Assembly: GCA_007376445.1 (NCBI GenBank)
Contig: VMGF01000001.1
Span: forward strand, 316,203 to 380,202
Origin: Parcubacteria group bacterium Gr01-1014_3
GTDB taxonomy: Bacteria > Patescibacteriota > Minisyncoccia > UBA6257 > WO2-44-18
Direction: 5' to 3'
Length of the DNA stretch: 64,000 nt
The position numbers and the translations under genes were made by a program. Below, piece after piece: positions 62,905 to 64,000 of the stretch. The notes beneath the pieces were generated by a model, which did not search any database, was not told where the DNA came from, and was given only the letters and a program-made list of their open reading frames with translations. The first letter of the stretch is position 1. Each line of letters opens with the position of its first letter.

Positions 62905-63330
62905 CTATTGAATATATGTCGTGGTGGTCGGTATTAGGTTAATGATTGCTTTGATAATTAACCAAGAACCCATGGCGATAGCTACACCGATAACCGCCGC
63001 GTAGATGATCTTTTTACCGCTATCTACTTTCCCGCTATTTCCACCGGCGGTCATTATCTCGAAAGCACCATACACGATAAATCCGGTGGCGAGCGGGATG
63101 CTGATACCAACCGCGTAGTTAATGAGGTTTTTTAGGAATTTGATGAAAGCGGGGATGTTGCAGGATTTGGGGTCGCTAGGCGGAAGCGCCGGATCGCAAT
63201 CGATAGTACTGCTTAGGGAGGGTTGGGCGTGGGCCGGCAAGGCAGTTAGAAGGTATAAGTTAAAAGTTATAAGGCTAAGAAAAAGCAGAGACACAGCAAA
63301 AATGGTTTTTAGATTTAAATATTTAAACAT
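62905..63330 (-). CDS. TrbC/VirB2-like T4SS-pilin family small protein (paralog 3 of 3)
   Basis: It has a signal peptide ending AHAQP and the motif VYGAFEIMTAGGNSGKVDSGKKIIYAAVIGVAIAM. Confidence 0.5.
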   Translation of the reverse strand: MFKYLNLKTIFAVSLLFLSLITFNLYLLTALPAHAQPSLSSTIDCDPALPPSDPKSCNIPAFIKFLKNLINYAVGISIPLATGFIVYGAFEIMTAGGNSGKVDSGKKIIYAAVIGVAIAMGSWLIIKAIINLIPTTTTYIQ

Positions 63331-63382
63331 AAGAGTATTTTAGCATTTAACTTCGAACTTTAAACTTACCAACTCATAACTT

Positions 63383-64000
63383 CTACCTGGTTCTCCGTTC
63401 CATCAGCGCGTTGATCTCGTCTTCGGATTGCTGGAGGGCTTGCTGGGCGGGGAGGCGGCCGTTAATGACTGATTCGATCATTTTAGAGAAGGAATTTTCC
63501 ACGGCAACATTATTAATCTGCGGCCAGGAGCGGGCAGTCAGAGATTGCTTGGCGAAGATCTCGTAATTTGGATCGGCCAGATTAGCCGCGATCATGCTTC
63601 GCAAAGCAGGTGGGCGCTTGCTCTCGATAAGATATTTATTGGATTCGGCCGGATTGGTAGTCAAGAAACTGATGAAATCCCAGGCCGCGGTCGGATTCAA
63701 GCTCTTATTCGTAACGGCGAGGCCCCAGTAATTCGGGAAGCTGATGCTCTGCTGGGCATTTTTTGGCTGAGGTACAGGGGCGATCTTGAAATTCAGGAAT
63801 GGATTTTTTTCTTTCAAAGCTTCGCGGAGGTAGGAGTAGTTGATGGTCATCGCGAGATCACCCGCGGCAAAGGCGTCCACGGAATAAACCTGAGAATCGC
63901 TCCAGGTGAAGTTTTTGTGGGCTGGGTTGGCAAAGTCGGTATAGAAGGAGAGCGCGTTCAATCCCTGATCAGAGCTGTAGGTCGCGCGTGAGAAGTCCGG
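63383..64000 (-). CDS. ABC transporter extracellular solute-binding protein, C-terminal part (N-terminus beyond the window end)
   Basis: It has SBP family-1-like C-terminal blocks NYWGLAVTNKS...AWDFISFLT. The reading frame stays open to the window edge. Confidence 0.5.
   Translation of the reverse strand, partial: PDFSRATYSSDQGLNALSFYTDFANPAHKNFTWSDSQVYSVDAFAAGDLAMTINYSYLREALKEKNPFLNFKIAPVPQPKNAQQSISFPNYWGLAVTNKSLNPTAAWDFISFLTTNPAESNKYLIESKRPPALRSMIAANLADPNYEIFAKQSLTARSWPQINNVAVENSFSKMIESVINGRLPAQQALQQSEDEINALMERRTR

Noticed and set aside
1-64000. CRISPR array / cas genes
   Set aside because: No series of regularly spaced identical direct repeats was found. The repeated elements present are palindromic MITE-like units or AT-rich microsatellites, not repeat-spacer arrays.

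Overview
This window reads as a gene-dense segment of a small, streamlined bacterial genome, most likely Candidate Phyla Radiation / Patescibacteria. That assignment is inference from gene content: compact aminoacyl-tRNA synthetases, a short N-terminally truncated IF-2, tandem T4SS-pilin-like small proteins, giant GEVED/He_PIG surface proteins, DUF4012-like and Qng1-like genes.

Housekeeping content includes valS (partial), glyQS, metG, leuS, glmS, recO, tatD-family, rplS, topA, dprA, pyrH, rbfA, infB, gpmI, parB, a Rel/SpoT homolog, a Xer recombinase and htrA. There are eight tRNA genes, four of them tRNA-Leu isoacceptors. No CRISPR array or rRNA is present.

The main non-textbook content, all read directly from the sequence:
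- Two families of inverted-repeat, MITE-like elements. Family A has 3 copies with CCAGGTAGTGAAA...TTTCTACTACCTGG termini and a compensatory internal stem. Family B has 2 copies, both 119 nt, with ATCCCGTTAGAAGCA termini. Four of the five copies end 0-1 nt before a start codon.
- A ~385-bp insertion carrying a small GIY-YIG nuclease gene, flanked by a direct repeat of the tRNA-Leu(CAA) 3' end.
- A double-motif LAGLIDADG homing endonuclease whose stop codon abuts tRNA-Leu(GAG), with a parallel HTH/LAGLIDADG-like gene abutting tRNA-Val.
- AT-rich mini-repeat arrays (TTCCAA, AAAATCC, GAAAATT, AAGTTAAAAG, AATCAAG periods) that occur in intergenic regions and also as in-frame insertions inside valS, glyQS, metG and leuS.
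- A decayed duplication of the topA 5' end that creates an upstream ORF overlapping the topA start (ATGA).
- A novel six-repeat EIGTS-motif protein immediately downstream of a tRNA cluster.
- GC-rich, codon-deviant gene blocks that look horizontally acquired.
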